The notes beneath the pieces were generated by a model. The model did no database searches, had not been told where the DNA came from, and worked only from the letters and a program-made list of their open reading frames with translations. A program made the translations under genes and the position numbers. Positions 8,636 to 17,286 of a stretch of 20,000 nt of DNA are shown here, in pieces. Within the stretch, counting starts at the first letter, position 1. Every line of letters begins with the position of its first letter. The stretch is from the sequence record DRR378314_2032. One strand, written 5' to 3'.

Positions 8636-10819
8636 TTAATCCCATCGTGGCCGTATTCCTGGCGCATAAGGAAATTTCAGTGATTTATAATATTCCAACG
8701 TATGCTCTGGAGATTCCATTTCCTCTGGGAAATCCATCTTTGAAAATGTTTGAAAATAAAGCATACAGGCATCTCGCCACCATTTGGCCTCCTTGAGCTG
8801 TATGCCCAACAACATACTTACTTGATTGTGCCTATATTCATCCACATAGGGTTTCATATCTTCCCAAATGGTTATCATTTCACGAACTTGATCTACACCC
8901 TGCTGATATTTAATCCCCAGGCCGTCCCACAAAGTTCTTCCGCTCTTGAGCTTGTAATCCCAAGGTAAATGATGGAACCACAATAGGTATTCTTCTGGAC
9001 AGGTTTCCAAGTTGCCGAACTTTTCTTCAAACTCCGGTGCGTATTGGGACAAGGCATCACTCCCTGTTTCGGTCCTGTCAAAACCAACTCCCGCTTCATC
9101 CGCCTTGTGATAATATACAGGGTTCCATTCTGGACGTGATAGATTTCCGACCCAAGGCCCCGGACCGTAATGATGGCCGGTATCAAAAATATGATGAAGG
9201 CCCAAGGGGTTCATATAGTTGACCACGGCTTCCCTGGACTCCAGCATCAGCTTTTTTACAGGTTCCAAAAAGTTATTATTATTGTTGAAGGTACAACGCA
9301 GCCATTCATCCGCAATTTGTTCGGAATCCATGTAGGGATTCCACGCCAATCTTCCAAATCCATACCAATCCGCTTGAGCAAAGGGGTGACCTGTCCAATT
9401 AGCATCATTTCCAATGTTGGAAACGCCCGCCATCGCTGCCAATTTTTTATTGTAGAGGGAACCATCGACCACTTTGGCCACGGTAGACCCCTCTCCCTTT
9501 TGATAGGTATCGCTCTGCAAAACCTCTTCAAAAAGTTTGGGCAAATACACAAGATGGGTAGCAAAGCCCAAGTACTCCTTGGTAATTTGAAATTCCATCA
9601 CCAAAGGGGTATTGGGCATTGCTCCAAACATAGGATGAAAGGGTTCCCTAGGCTGAAAATCTATCGGACCGTTTTTTACCTGGATCAATACATTGTCATG
9701 GTATTTGCCATCATCGGGCACAAATTCACTGTAGGCTTGTTTGGCCCTATCCTCGGCGTCGTGTTCGGAGTATACAAAGGCGCGCCAGATGACCTTTCCC
9801 TTAAAAGGGGCCACGGCATCCGCCAGTAAATTGGCGCCATCCAAATGGGTACGTCCATAATTTTGGGGACCGGGTTGTCCTTCGGAATTTGCTTTTACCA
9901 AAAATCCGCCAAAATCGGGTATGCTTTTATAAATTTCTGCTGCCTTGTCCTTCCACCATTGAATCACCTGCGAGTCCAAGGGGTCCGCCGTCTGCAGCCC
10001 ACCAATTTCCATAGGGGCCGAAAAACGAGCAGTGAGGTATACTTTTATGCCATAGGGACGGAACACATCTGCCAGGGCTTTGACTTTCTCCAAATATTGA
10101 GGCGTTAAAATAAGGGCGTTGGCATTAACGTTGGTCAGTGCCGTGCCATTTATTCCTATGGATGCATTTGCTCTGGCATAGTCAATATATCGTTGATCGA
10201 TATAATCGGGCAGTGTCTGCCAGTTCCAAATCGAAAAACCGGCATATCCTCGCTCAATGGTCCTGTCCAGATTGTCCCAATGGTTCAACATTCGAAGATC
10301 CACCTTTGGTGATTCCTCAATATGCAATCCATCCAACGATTGGTGCATTTTCAGTGTGCGGAGCACATGAAAAGTACCGTAAAGTAGCCCGATGTCTTCC
10401 GTTGCAGTTACTACGGTATAGGATTGTTTTCCTTTTTTAATGGTTTTTATGATGTAACCTTCACCTGTAATTCCACTTACATCGACTGAATTTTTAAAAC
10501 TATCTGGCAGGTTGCTGTAGTTCGAAACTATCAACTGATTCTCTGAAACATCATAGGGTTTAAATTGTACTTCCATATCCAACAATCCCCCGAGCCCCAT
10601 TTTCAGTTCTTTCTTTATCACCTCGATGGTTTCTCCCCCATCGTTCAAATAAATACTTTGGAAATGGTTTTGATATGTTTTCAACAGCGCTTCGTCGGAG
10701 ATTTTGGTGTAATTCAGCCAAAGGTCATATCCATTGTTCATGGAAAACGACATACTGCCAATTAGTATAAAAAAGACGAAAAAAAATGTTGTTTTTAATT
10801 TGAAAAGGTGCTTCATCAT
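8636..10819 (-). CDS. aguA: GH67 alpha-glucuronidase, signal peptide
   Basis: Motifs GYDLWL, RMLNHWDN, ERGYAG, YARANASIGING, DFGGFLVKANSEGQPGP, WRAFVY, QVKNGPIDFQPREP, EFQITKEYLG, GRLAW, LLWFHH. Likely start is the ATG at 10819 or 10816; the ORF track's GTG is at 10831. Confidence 0.96.
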   Translation of the reverse strand: MMKHLFKLKTTFFFVFFILIGSMSFSMNNGYDLWLNYTKISDEALLKTYQNHFQSIYLNDGGETIEVIKKELKMGLGGLLDMEVQFKPYDVSENQLIVSNYSNLPDSFKNSVDVSGITGEGYIIKTIKKGKQSYTVVTATEDIGLLYGTFHVLRTLKMHQSLDGLHIEESPKVDLRMLNHWDNLDRTIERGYAGFSIWNWQTLPDYIDQRYIDYARANASIGINGTALTNVNANALILTPQYLEKVKALADVFRPYGIKVYLTARFSAPMEIGGLQTADPLDSQVIQWWKDKAAEIYKSIPDFGGFLVKANSEGQPGPQNYGRTHLDGANLLADAVAPFKGKVIWRAFVYSEHDAEDRAKQAYSEFVPDDGKYHDNVLIQVKNGPIDFQPREPFHPMFGAMPNTPLVMEFQITKEYLGFATHLVYLPKLFEEVLQSDTYQKGEGSTVAKVVDGSLYNKKLAAMAGVSNIGNDANWTGHPFAQADWYGFGRLAWNPYMDSEQIADEWLRCTFNNNNNFLEPVKKLMLESREAVVNYMNPLGLHHIFDTGHHYGPGPWVGNLSRPEWNPVYYHKADEAGVGFDRTETGSDALSQYAPEFEEKFGNLETCPEEYLLWFHHLPWDYKLKSGRTLWDGLGIKYQQGVDQVREMITIWEDMKPYVDEYRHNQVSMLLGIQLKEAKWWRDACMLYFQTFSKMDFPEEMESPEHTLEYYKSLKFPYAPGIRPRWD

Positions 10820-10913
10820 TTGGAAATTCACAAAAAAAAATCGATTAATCGGTTAATCAATCAATTGCGTCAAGTAAAATAAGTAAAAAATTCATAGATT
10901 AACAAAATGTTTA

Positions 10914-10928
10914 ACGCAATCGATTGCA
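10914..10928. promoter_or_regulatory. Putative LacI-family operator in the aguA / uxaC-operon divergent region
   Basis: Perfect palindrome GCAATCGATTGC (10916-10927) with central CG. The 12-mer ACGCAATCGATT recurs exactly at 17500-17511. Confidence 0.7.
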
Positions 10929-10992
10929 AAAATGGAAATTTTTACGAAATTTGAACTCTATTTAAGAAAAAAATGATCAAAACCACCAAACT

Positions 10993-11373
10993 ATGAAGTC
11001 ATCTTCGGTTCGTATTTTCGGTTCCAAAGGCTTCGCTGTTCTTTCGATGTGCGAAGAAAATATGGACAGATTCAGCACCTTCGATGCATTATCATATACC
11101 AAGGTTCATCATAATATTTCTGGATACAAAGCACATGTAAAGTTCCTGAATTACCGATACTGCTGGATACAAGGGTCGCCACGGTACACCGAAAGCACCA
11201 AAAATAGTACCTTCACACAGGAATTCAAGGAGTCCCACATGGTGAACAATAATAAGGAAAAAGATCTTGAAGCCGCAAAATTCAAGGAGTATGTTGATAG
11301 GGGCGCTATGTGTCCGACTAATAGTCCAAGACTACAAAAAAAAGTGTTGAAACCATCCATTGGCTTGAATTAA
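10993..11373 (+). CDS. Hypothetical 126-aa ORF; possibly a heavily eroded 2-keto-3-deoxygluconate kinase (PfkB) remnant
   Basis: Open frame filling the gap between the operator and uxaC. Start context ACT-ATG is the same as uxaC's, and the stop is 21 nt before uxaC. Only short motif-like traces (FG, RFS..FD, LNYR..W..G, N..E.D.E, VDRG) are recognisable. Confidence 0.4.
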   Translation: MKSSSVRIFGSKGFAVLSMCEENMDRFSTFDALSYTKVHHNISGYKAHVKFLNYRYCWIQGSPRYTESTKNSTFTQEFKESHMVNNNKEKDLEAAKFKEYVDRGAMCPTNSPRLQKKVLKPSIGLN

Positions 11374-11394
11374 ATTTCACTTACAGATTACACT

Positions 11395-12837
11395 ATGAAA
11401 AAACTTATACATGATGATTTTTTGCTGGAAACCGATTATGCCAAAGAGCTGTATCACAACTACGCGAAAGATCAACCCATCATAGATTACCATTGCCATC
11501 TTCCGGTAGATGAAATTGCAGCAAACAATAATTTTGCAAACCTGACCCAGATTTGGATCGAGGGAGATCATTACAAATGGAGGGCCATGCGAGCTTTGGG
11601 TATTGAGGAAAAATATATTACCGGTAACGCAACGGATGAGGAAAAGTTTCATAAGTGGGCGGAGACGGTACCGTATTCCCTTAGAAATCCCCTTTATCAT
11701 TGGACCCATCTGGAGCTGAGCAGGTATTTTGGCATTGATCAGCTGTTGGACTCCACTAGTGCAGCAGCCATATATGAAGAATGTAACAAGAAGCTGAGCT
11801 GTCCTGAGTTTTCACCTCAAAACCTGATTCAGCGAATGCATACGGAAGTTGTCTGCACAACGGACGACCCTTTGGATGATCTATCGCATCATTCCCGATT
11901 GGCTGCATCGGAATACCCTGTTAAAGTTCTTCCAACATTTAGGCCAGACGGATTGATCGAAATTGAGAAAATTGATTTTATAGATTATCTATCCGCTTTG
12001 TCCAAGATAACGGACATTAAAATCAAGGATTTTGAATCCTTGAAGGGAGCGATTCGTTTAAGAGTACATCATTTCCATAACAATGGATGTAGGCTCTCCG
12101 ACCACGGTCTGCCCCATGCTTATGGTGCTCAATATACTGAAGCTGAAGTTAACCGTATCCTAAAGCTCCGTTTAGCAGAAAAATCCATCACACAGAAAGA
12201 AGCTGTGCAATATAAATCCGCCATCTTGGTTGCCCTTGGCGAATTATATGCAGAAAAAAATTGGGTAATGCAGTTGCACTTGGGACCTATTCGAGACACC
12301 AACAAGGCGGTTCTGGGAAAAGTTGGGATAAATGCCGGAGTGGACAGCATTGGTGACTATCAACAGGCTGAACATTTGGCAAGTTTTCTGAATCGACTGA
12401 ACAATAACGATAATCTGCCCAAAACCATTCTTTACAATTCCAACCCTTCGGACAATGAGGTTTTTGCAACGATGGCAGGAAATTTTACGGGCGAGGGCAT
12501 CAAAAGCAAGGTCCAATTTGGGGCCGCTTGGTGGTTTTTAGATCAGAAAGATGGAATCGAGGACCAATTGAATGTACTTTCAAATATGGGATTGCTCAGT
12601 TGCTCCGTGGGCATGCTTACGGACAGTAGGAGCTTCCTGTCATTTCCAAGGCACGAATATTATAGACGAGTATTGTGCAACATGCTGGGCAACGACCTTA
12701 AAGCGGGACTGCTCCCAAATGATATGGAATGGATCGGAAAAATAGTACGGGACGTAACTTACAATAACGCGAAATCATTTTTTGAATTCCCGAGCACCAT
12801 AAAAAAGCTTGGTACAAAAACATATAAAAGCCTTTAA
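11395..12837 (+). CDS. uxaC: Glucuronate (uronate) isomerase
   Basis: Motifs PIIDYHCHL, GDHYKWRAMR, NPLYHWTHLEL, CTTDDP, PTFRPD, SDHG, MQLHLG, QFGAAWWFLDQ, GMLTDSRSFLSFPRHEYYRR. Confidence 0.97.
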   Translation: MKKLIHDDFLLETDYAKELYHNYAKDQPIIDYHCHLPVDEIAANNNFANLTQIWIEGDHYKWRAMRALGIEEKYITGNATDEEKFHKWAETVPYSLRNPLYHWTHLELSRYFGIDQLLDSTSAAAIYEECNKKLSCPEFSPQNLIQRMHTEVVCTTDDPLDDLSHHSRLAASEYPVKVLPTFRPDGLIEIEKIDFIDYLSALSKITDIKIKDFESLKGAIRLRVHHFHNNGCRLSDHGLPHAYGAQYTEAEVNRILKLRLAEKSITQKEAVQYKSAILVALGELYAEKNWVMQLHLGPIRDTNKAVLGKVGINAGVDSIGDYQQAEHLASFLNRLNNNDNLPKTILYNSNPSDNEVFATMAGNFTGEGIKSKVQFGAAWWFLDQKDGIEDQLNVLSNMGLLSCSVGMLTDSRSFLSFPRHEYYRRVLCNMLGNDLKAGLLPNDMEWIGKIVRDVTYNNAKSFFEFPSTIKKLGTKTYKSL

Positions 12838-12856
12838 CTCAACAAAAACATTTCAC

Positions 12857-13528
12857 ATGAAAACATATACCCGCATCGATGTTTTTAAGACAATGGAGAA
12901 CACGGGGTTTGTTCCATTGTTCTACAATTCCGACCCCGAAATGGTACAAAAAGTTGTAAAAGCTTGTTATGATGGAGGCGCACGATTATTCGAGTTTACC
13001 CACAGGGGAGAAAATGCCGAACAAGTGTTTGCCGAACTGGTCGCTTTTTGTAACAAGGAGTGCCCCGATATGATATTGGGGATAGGCTCCGTTACGGATG
13101 CTGCGACCGCCTCTAACTTCATCAATATGGGTGCCTCATTTGTGGTAACCCCGGTATTGCGTGAAGATATTGCCCATATCTGCAACCGAAAGAAAGTCTT
13201 TTGGTCACCGGGCTGTGGTTCTCTAACCGAAATCGCTAGAGCGGAAGAACTGGGCTGCGAACTGGTGAAGCTGTTCCCTGCCGAGGTTTATGGTCCCGAA
13301 TTCATAAAGGCTGTTCGAGGTCCCCAACCCTGGACCAATATAATGCCCACAGGCGGAGTGGACACTACTAAGGAGAATCTGATCGGCTGGTTCGAAGCAG
13401 GCGCTACATGTGTGGGAATGGGATCCAAATTGATTGACAAGCAGGCTGTGGTACAAGGCAATTATGACCTGATCACTAATCAGGTGAGAGAGGTGCTAAA
13501 AATTATCCAAGAGATAAAATCGGCATGA
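12857..13528 (+). CDS. eda: KDPG/KHG aldolase
   Basis: Motifs VPLFY, GGARLFEFTHRG, GIGSV, GASFVVTP, PGCGSLTEI, VKLFPA (Schiff-base Lys), MPTGGV, VGMGS. Start placed at ATG 12857 (MKTYTR), after the uxaC stop, rather than the overlapping TTG at 12809. Confidence 0.94.
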   Translation: MKTYTRIDVFKTMENTGFVPLFYNSDPEMVQKVVKACYDGGARLFEFTHRGENAEQVFAELVAFCNKECPDMILGIGSVTDAATASNFINMGASFVVTPVLREDIAHICNRKKVFWSPGCGSLTEIARAEELGCELVKLFPAEVYGPEFIKAVRGPQPWTNIMPTGGVDTTKENLIGWFEAGATCVGMGSKLIDKQAVVQGNYDLITNQVREVLKIIQEIKSA

Positions 13529-14499
13529 GAACCTGGTTCTTTCTTCTTTTCGCCGTTTTGTTCATTGGCTGTCAACCCGATGAGGAAAATGTAAATTCCA
13601 TCAAGTTGGCGCATAGTCTAGGAGTAAACCATCCCGTTCACGAGGCTATGGTGCACATGGCCGATCTGGTGGCCGAAAAATCGAAGGGCAAGCTCAAAAT
13701 CGAAATTTACCCCAGCAGCCAATTGGGTTCCGAAAAGCAATCTTTGGAACTGCTTCAAATAGGTAGCCTGGGTATGACGAAGGTATCCGCAGCTGTAATG
13801 GAAAACTTTTCACCCGACCTAAAGGTCTTAGGGTATCCTTACCTATTTCAGGACGATGAACATCGATTTAAAGTGTATGATGGCGACATTGGAAAAAAGC
13901 TTCTTTCGGGGTCGGAACAATTTTGGCTAAAGGGATTGACCTACTTTGATGCAGGAAACCGGTCTTTCTACACCAAGGATACGCCCATTGATAGACCACA
14001 AGACCTTGAAGGGCTCAAAATACGGGTAATGCAAAGTCCCACCGCCATAGAAATGGTAAAGAGCTTTGGGGGATCTCCTACTCCCATATCCTGGGGGGAA
14101 CTCTATACTTCCCTTCAACAGGGCGTGGTAGACGGTGCAGAGAACAACCTCCCCAGTTTTTACACTTCCAAACATTATGAGGTCTGTAAGTACTTTTCTA
14201 AAAACGAGCATAGCTCCATCCCCGATATTTTGGTCATCGGTACATTGACTTGGAACCGTTTGAGCTCCCAGGAAAAATATTGGTTGATGGAGGCGGTTGA
14301 AGAAGCTACGGTTTTACAGCGAAAACTATGGGAAAGAGCAGAAGAAGAAGCCTTGACCGAAATTGAAAAAGCTGGTGTACAGGTTTCCTATCCGGACAAA
14401 GAGCTATTTGAAGATAAGGCAAAAACTATGCTACGTTCCTTAAAAGAAGAGAACAGGCATCTATACGAACTCGTACAAGAAATTAAAAACATACAGTGA
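13525..14499 (+). CDS. dctP: TRAP transporter substrate-binding protein, predicted lipoprotein
   Basis: IYPSSQLGSE, DLEGLKIRV (conserved carboxylate-binding Arg), PTPISWGELYTSLQQGVVDGAEN. Lipobox-like FIGC. ATGA overlap with the eda stop. Confidence 0.94.
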   Translation: MRTWFFLLFAVLFIGCQPDEENVNSIKLAHSLGVNHPVHEAMVHMADLVAEKSKGKLKIEIYPSSQLGSEKQSLELLQIGSLGMTKVSAAVMENFSPDLKVLGYPYLFQDDEHRFKVYDGDIGKKLLSGSEQFWLKGLTYFDAGNRSFYTKDTPIDRPQDLEGLKIRVMQSPTAIEMVKSFGGSPTPISWGELYTSLQQGVVDGAENNLPSFYTSKHYEVCKYFSKNEHSSIPDILVIGTLTWNRLSSQEKYWLMEAVEEATVLQRKLWERAEEEALTEIEKAGVQVSYPDKELFEDKAKTMLRSLKEENRHLYELVQEIKNIQ

Positions 14500-14975
14500 T
14501 GAAAGATAGGGTCGATAACTTTCTGGAATGGGCCATGGCGTTCTTGTTGGGCATTATGGTGCTGGATGTCTTTTGGGGAGTCATCACAAGGTACCTCTTG
14601 GAAAGCCAAAGTTCTTGGACCGATGAGCTTGCCCGTTTTTTGTTGGTTTGGCTCAGTATTATGGGAGCTGCCTATGCCTCGGGAAAAAAACTGCATATTG
14701 CCATTGATCTTCTCCCGAAAAGCCTTAACCAAAAACAGCAAAACTACTTGGACCTGCTTATACACCTGATAGTCCTGCTCTTTACGGTCGCGGTTTTTTT
14801 GGTCGGCGGCATCAGGTACGTTTATATTTCATTTGCATTGGGACAAACCTCCCCTGCCCTACAACTGCCCATTGGATTTGTGTATATGGTATTGCCAATA
14901 TCAGGTGCCTTCATCCTTTACTATAAACTATCCGAGCTTTCCACACTCCTAAAAAAAATCAAGCATGGAAATTAG
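14499..14975 (+). CDS. dctQ: TRAP transporter small permease
   Basis: About four hydrophobic segments; VITRY, WTDELARFLLVW, GAAYA…HIAID, QTSPALQLP. TGATG overlap with dctP (alternative GTG at 14496). Confidence 0.93.
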   Translation: MKDRVDNFLEWAMAFLLGIMVLDVFWGVITRYLLESQSSWTDELARFLLVWLSIMGAAYASGKKLHIAIDLLPKSLNQKQQNYLDLLIHLIVLLFTVAVFLVGGIRYVYISFALGQTSPALQLPIGFVYMVLPISGAFILYYKLSELSTLLKKIKHGN

Positions 14976-16251
14976 CATCCTCATCCTTAGTTTTCTCCTT
15001 TTGATTTCAATCCGTGTTCCTGTAGCTTGGAGCCTTGGAATATCTTCGCTATTGACCTTGTTGGTCAGTGTGGATACGTTTCCTGCCGTTACCACCATTG
15101 CTCAAAGACTGGTCACCGGTCTAGACAGTTTTTCAATCTTGGCCATTCCGTTTTTTATCTTGGCAGGCCATATTATGAACAAGGGGGGTATTGCCGAACG
15201 TTTGATCGCCTTTGCAAAAAGCTTGGTAGGCGCGCTTCCTGGAGGACTGGCCCATGTGAACATTGTTGCAGCCATGTTGTTCGGGGCCATTGCGGGATCC
15301 GCCGGGGCAGCTGCGGCGGCCATAGGCGGTTTTATGTCCGATAAAATGGAAGAATCTGGTTACGACAAAGGATTCGGCGTAGCGGTTAACGTAACATCGG
15401 CAACCACGGGCCTTGTAATTCCACCCAGCAACATTTTTATTATCTACTCCGTAGCAAGCGGTGGTGTAAGTATAGGTGCCTTGTTTTTAGCAGGATACCT
15501 TCCAGGGATAATCACAGGTCTACTCTTAATGGTCGTTGCCTATGTTTGGGCCAAGAGAAAAGGTTATCCCACAGCGGACAGAAGCTCCTTTAAAATGATT
15601 TTGACCACCTTTTTGAATGCATTGCCCAGTCTATTCCTTTTAATCGTGGTGATCGGTGGAATCGTGGCGGGAATATTCACGGCGACGGAAGCATCGTCCG
15701 TAGCGGTCATTTATTGTTTGGTACTGGCCATGATCTACAAAGAAATATCCATAAAGGACATTCGCCCCATTTTGGTGGAATCATCATCGACCATTGCCAT
15801 AGTAATGTTGTTGATTGCTGTTTCCATTGCCATGTCCTGGGTGCTTTCCTACGAAAACATTCCACAAGCAGTGACCCAGGCTCTCTTGGGTCTGAGCGAC
15901 AATAAAATTATGGTGATTATTTTGATTAATATCATTCTGCTGATCGTTGGTATTTTTATGGATATGACCCCGGCGGTATTGATATTTACCCCAATATTTT
16001 TGCCCGTGGTGATAGCTCTTGGTATAGACCCGGTACATTTTGGAATCATTATGGTACTCAACCTTTGTATCGGATTGTGCACACCACCGGTGGGGGCCGT
16101 TTTGTTCATAGGTGTCGGAGTGGCCAAAACGACCATTCAAAAAGTAATTCGGCCACTTATTCCTTTGTTTTTGGCGATGATATTGGCCTTGATCCTAGTG
16201 AGTGTTTTTCCAGAGCTAAGCCTTTGGCTTCCTCGATTATTCGGTTTCTAG
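14965..16251 (+). CDS. dctM: TRAP transporter large permease
   Basis: 428-aa hydrophobic protein with LAIPFFILAG, GGLAHVN, FGAIAGSA, IPPS, LFLAGYLPG, GIFTATE, GIDPVHFG, GLCTPPVG. Confidence 0.95.
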   Translation: MEISILILSFLLLISIRVPVAWSLGISSLLTLLVSVDTFPAVTTIAQRLVTGLDSFSILAIPFFILAGHIMNKGGIAERLIAFAKSLVGALPGGLAHVNIVAAMLFGAIAGSAGAAAAAIGGFMSDKMEESGYDKGFGVAVNVTSATTGLVIPPSNIFIIYSVASGGVSIGALFLAGYLPGIITGLLLMVVAYVWAKRKGYPTADRSSFKMILTTFLNALPSLFLLIVVIGGIVAGIFTATEASSVAVIYCLVLAMIYKEISIKDIRPILVESSSTIAIVMLLIAVSIAMSWVLSYENIPQAVTQALLGLSDNKIMVIILINIILLIVGIFMDMTPAVLIFTPIFLPVVIALGIDPVHFGIIMVLNLCIGLCTPPVGAVLFIGVGVAKTTIQKVIRPLIPLFLAMILALILVSVFPELSLWLPRLFGF

Positions 16252-17286
16252 GACTTCGGCCTTTTTTAGCGAAGATTCCCTTGCCACTATTTCCGTACCC
16301 AGTACCGTAATTTCCGAAAGGCCCGCATCGTAAGTATTTACGGAATGATCTAGGATTCTTTTTGCCGATATGGCCCCCATTTTACTGGCGGGATGCGATA
16401 CGGTTGAAAGTGACGGTTGCACAATGGACGCAATGGGATCATCGTTAAAACCAATTACCGCCAATTGGTGTGGGACACTTACTCCCAGTTTTTTGGCGCA
16501 CATTATCGCACTTACCGCAGCCGTATCGTTAGCAGAAAATATACCATCGGGCGGATTGCTCATCTTCAAAAGTTTTTTGGTGGCTTTGTTTCCCTCCTCA
16601 AAACTCAAGGTCTTAAAATTAACGATCAGATTATCCTCTATGGGCAATCCATGCTCACGAAGTGCATCCATATAGCCCTTTTTACGTTCGCGGTATACAT
16701 TTCGGTGCTGTGCCCCAGCAAAATGGGCAATTCTTTTGCAGCCCTGTTCAATCAAATGTTTTGTAGCAGAATATCCAGCGGTATAATTGTCGATGACCAC
16801 TTTGTACGAATTGAAGTTATCGGGAACCCTATCCACAAATACAATGGGTATTCCCTTGTCCACAAACTTTTGAAAATGTCCCATATCCACGGTTTCCATC
16901 GACAGGGAAACGATCAAACCTGTAATTCTGCTATCGTAGAGTGCGTTGCAATTGCTTATTTCGTTCTTGTACTTGTCGTTGGACTGACTGATGAGCACAT
17001 TATAGCCGGCCTTTCGAGCGGTTTCTTCGATTCCGCTAATCAGTGACGCCATAAAAGGTCGGTTGATTCGGGAGATCAACACGCCAATGGTATTACTTTT
17101 GTTGTTTCTAAGACCCGCCGCCAAATTATTGGGGCGATAGCCCATCTCCTCTGCTGCCTCCTTGATCAGCTTGATGGTCTTCTTACTGATACTCTTGTGA
17201 TTGTTCAAGGCTCTCGAAATCGTGGAGGGAGAATAATTCAATTCTTTGGCAAGATCGTAGATGGTAACCTCCTTTTTAATCTTCAT
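16237..17286 (-). CDS. LacI-family transcriptional regulator
   Basis: N-terminal HTH VTIYDLAKELNYSPSTISRALN, hinge YRPNNLAAGL, and sugar-binding domain motifs PIVFVDR, DGIFSAND, VIGFND, PSLSTV. Confidence 0.95.
   Translation of the reverse strand: MKIKKEVTIYDLAKELNYSPSTISRALNNHKSISKKTIKLIKEAAEEMGYRPNNLAAGLRNNKSNTIGVLISRINRPFMASLISGIEETARKAGYNVLISQSNDKYKNEISNCNALYDSRITGLIVSLSMETVDMGHFQKFVDKGIPIVFVDRVPDNFNSYKVVIDNYTAGYSATKHLIEQGCKRIAHFAGAQHRNVYRERKKGYMDALREHGLPIEDNLIVNFKTLSFEEGNKATKKLLKMSNPPDGIFSANDTAAVSAIMCAKKLGVSVPHQLAVIGFNDDPIASIVQPSLSTVSHPASKMGAISAKRILDHSVNTYDAGLSEITVLGTEIVARESSLKKAEVLETE

Noticed and set aside
10779..10840. A8 run in the GH67 leader and A9 run just upstream, as possible phase-variation tracts
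   Set aside because: Short A/T runs are common in AT-rich leaders and Phe-rich signal peptides, and the frame is intact.
11004..11290. Short direct repeats within the orphan ORF (TTCGGTTC x2, CTGGATACAA x2, AATTCAAGGAGT x2) as a CRISPR-like or structured array
   Set aside because: The units are different, each occurs only twice, spacing is irregular and there are no cas genes. At most they fit a decaying region.
12809..12856. Longer eda start at TTG 12809
   Set aside because: It overlaps uxaC by 29 nt, and ATG 12857 gives a typical aldolase length.
12810..12963. 19/22 direct repeat TGGTACAAAAA....TAAAAGC at 12810-12831 and 12942-12963
   Set aside because: Only two A-rich copies within coding sequence; plausibly chance, and not an array or att site.
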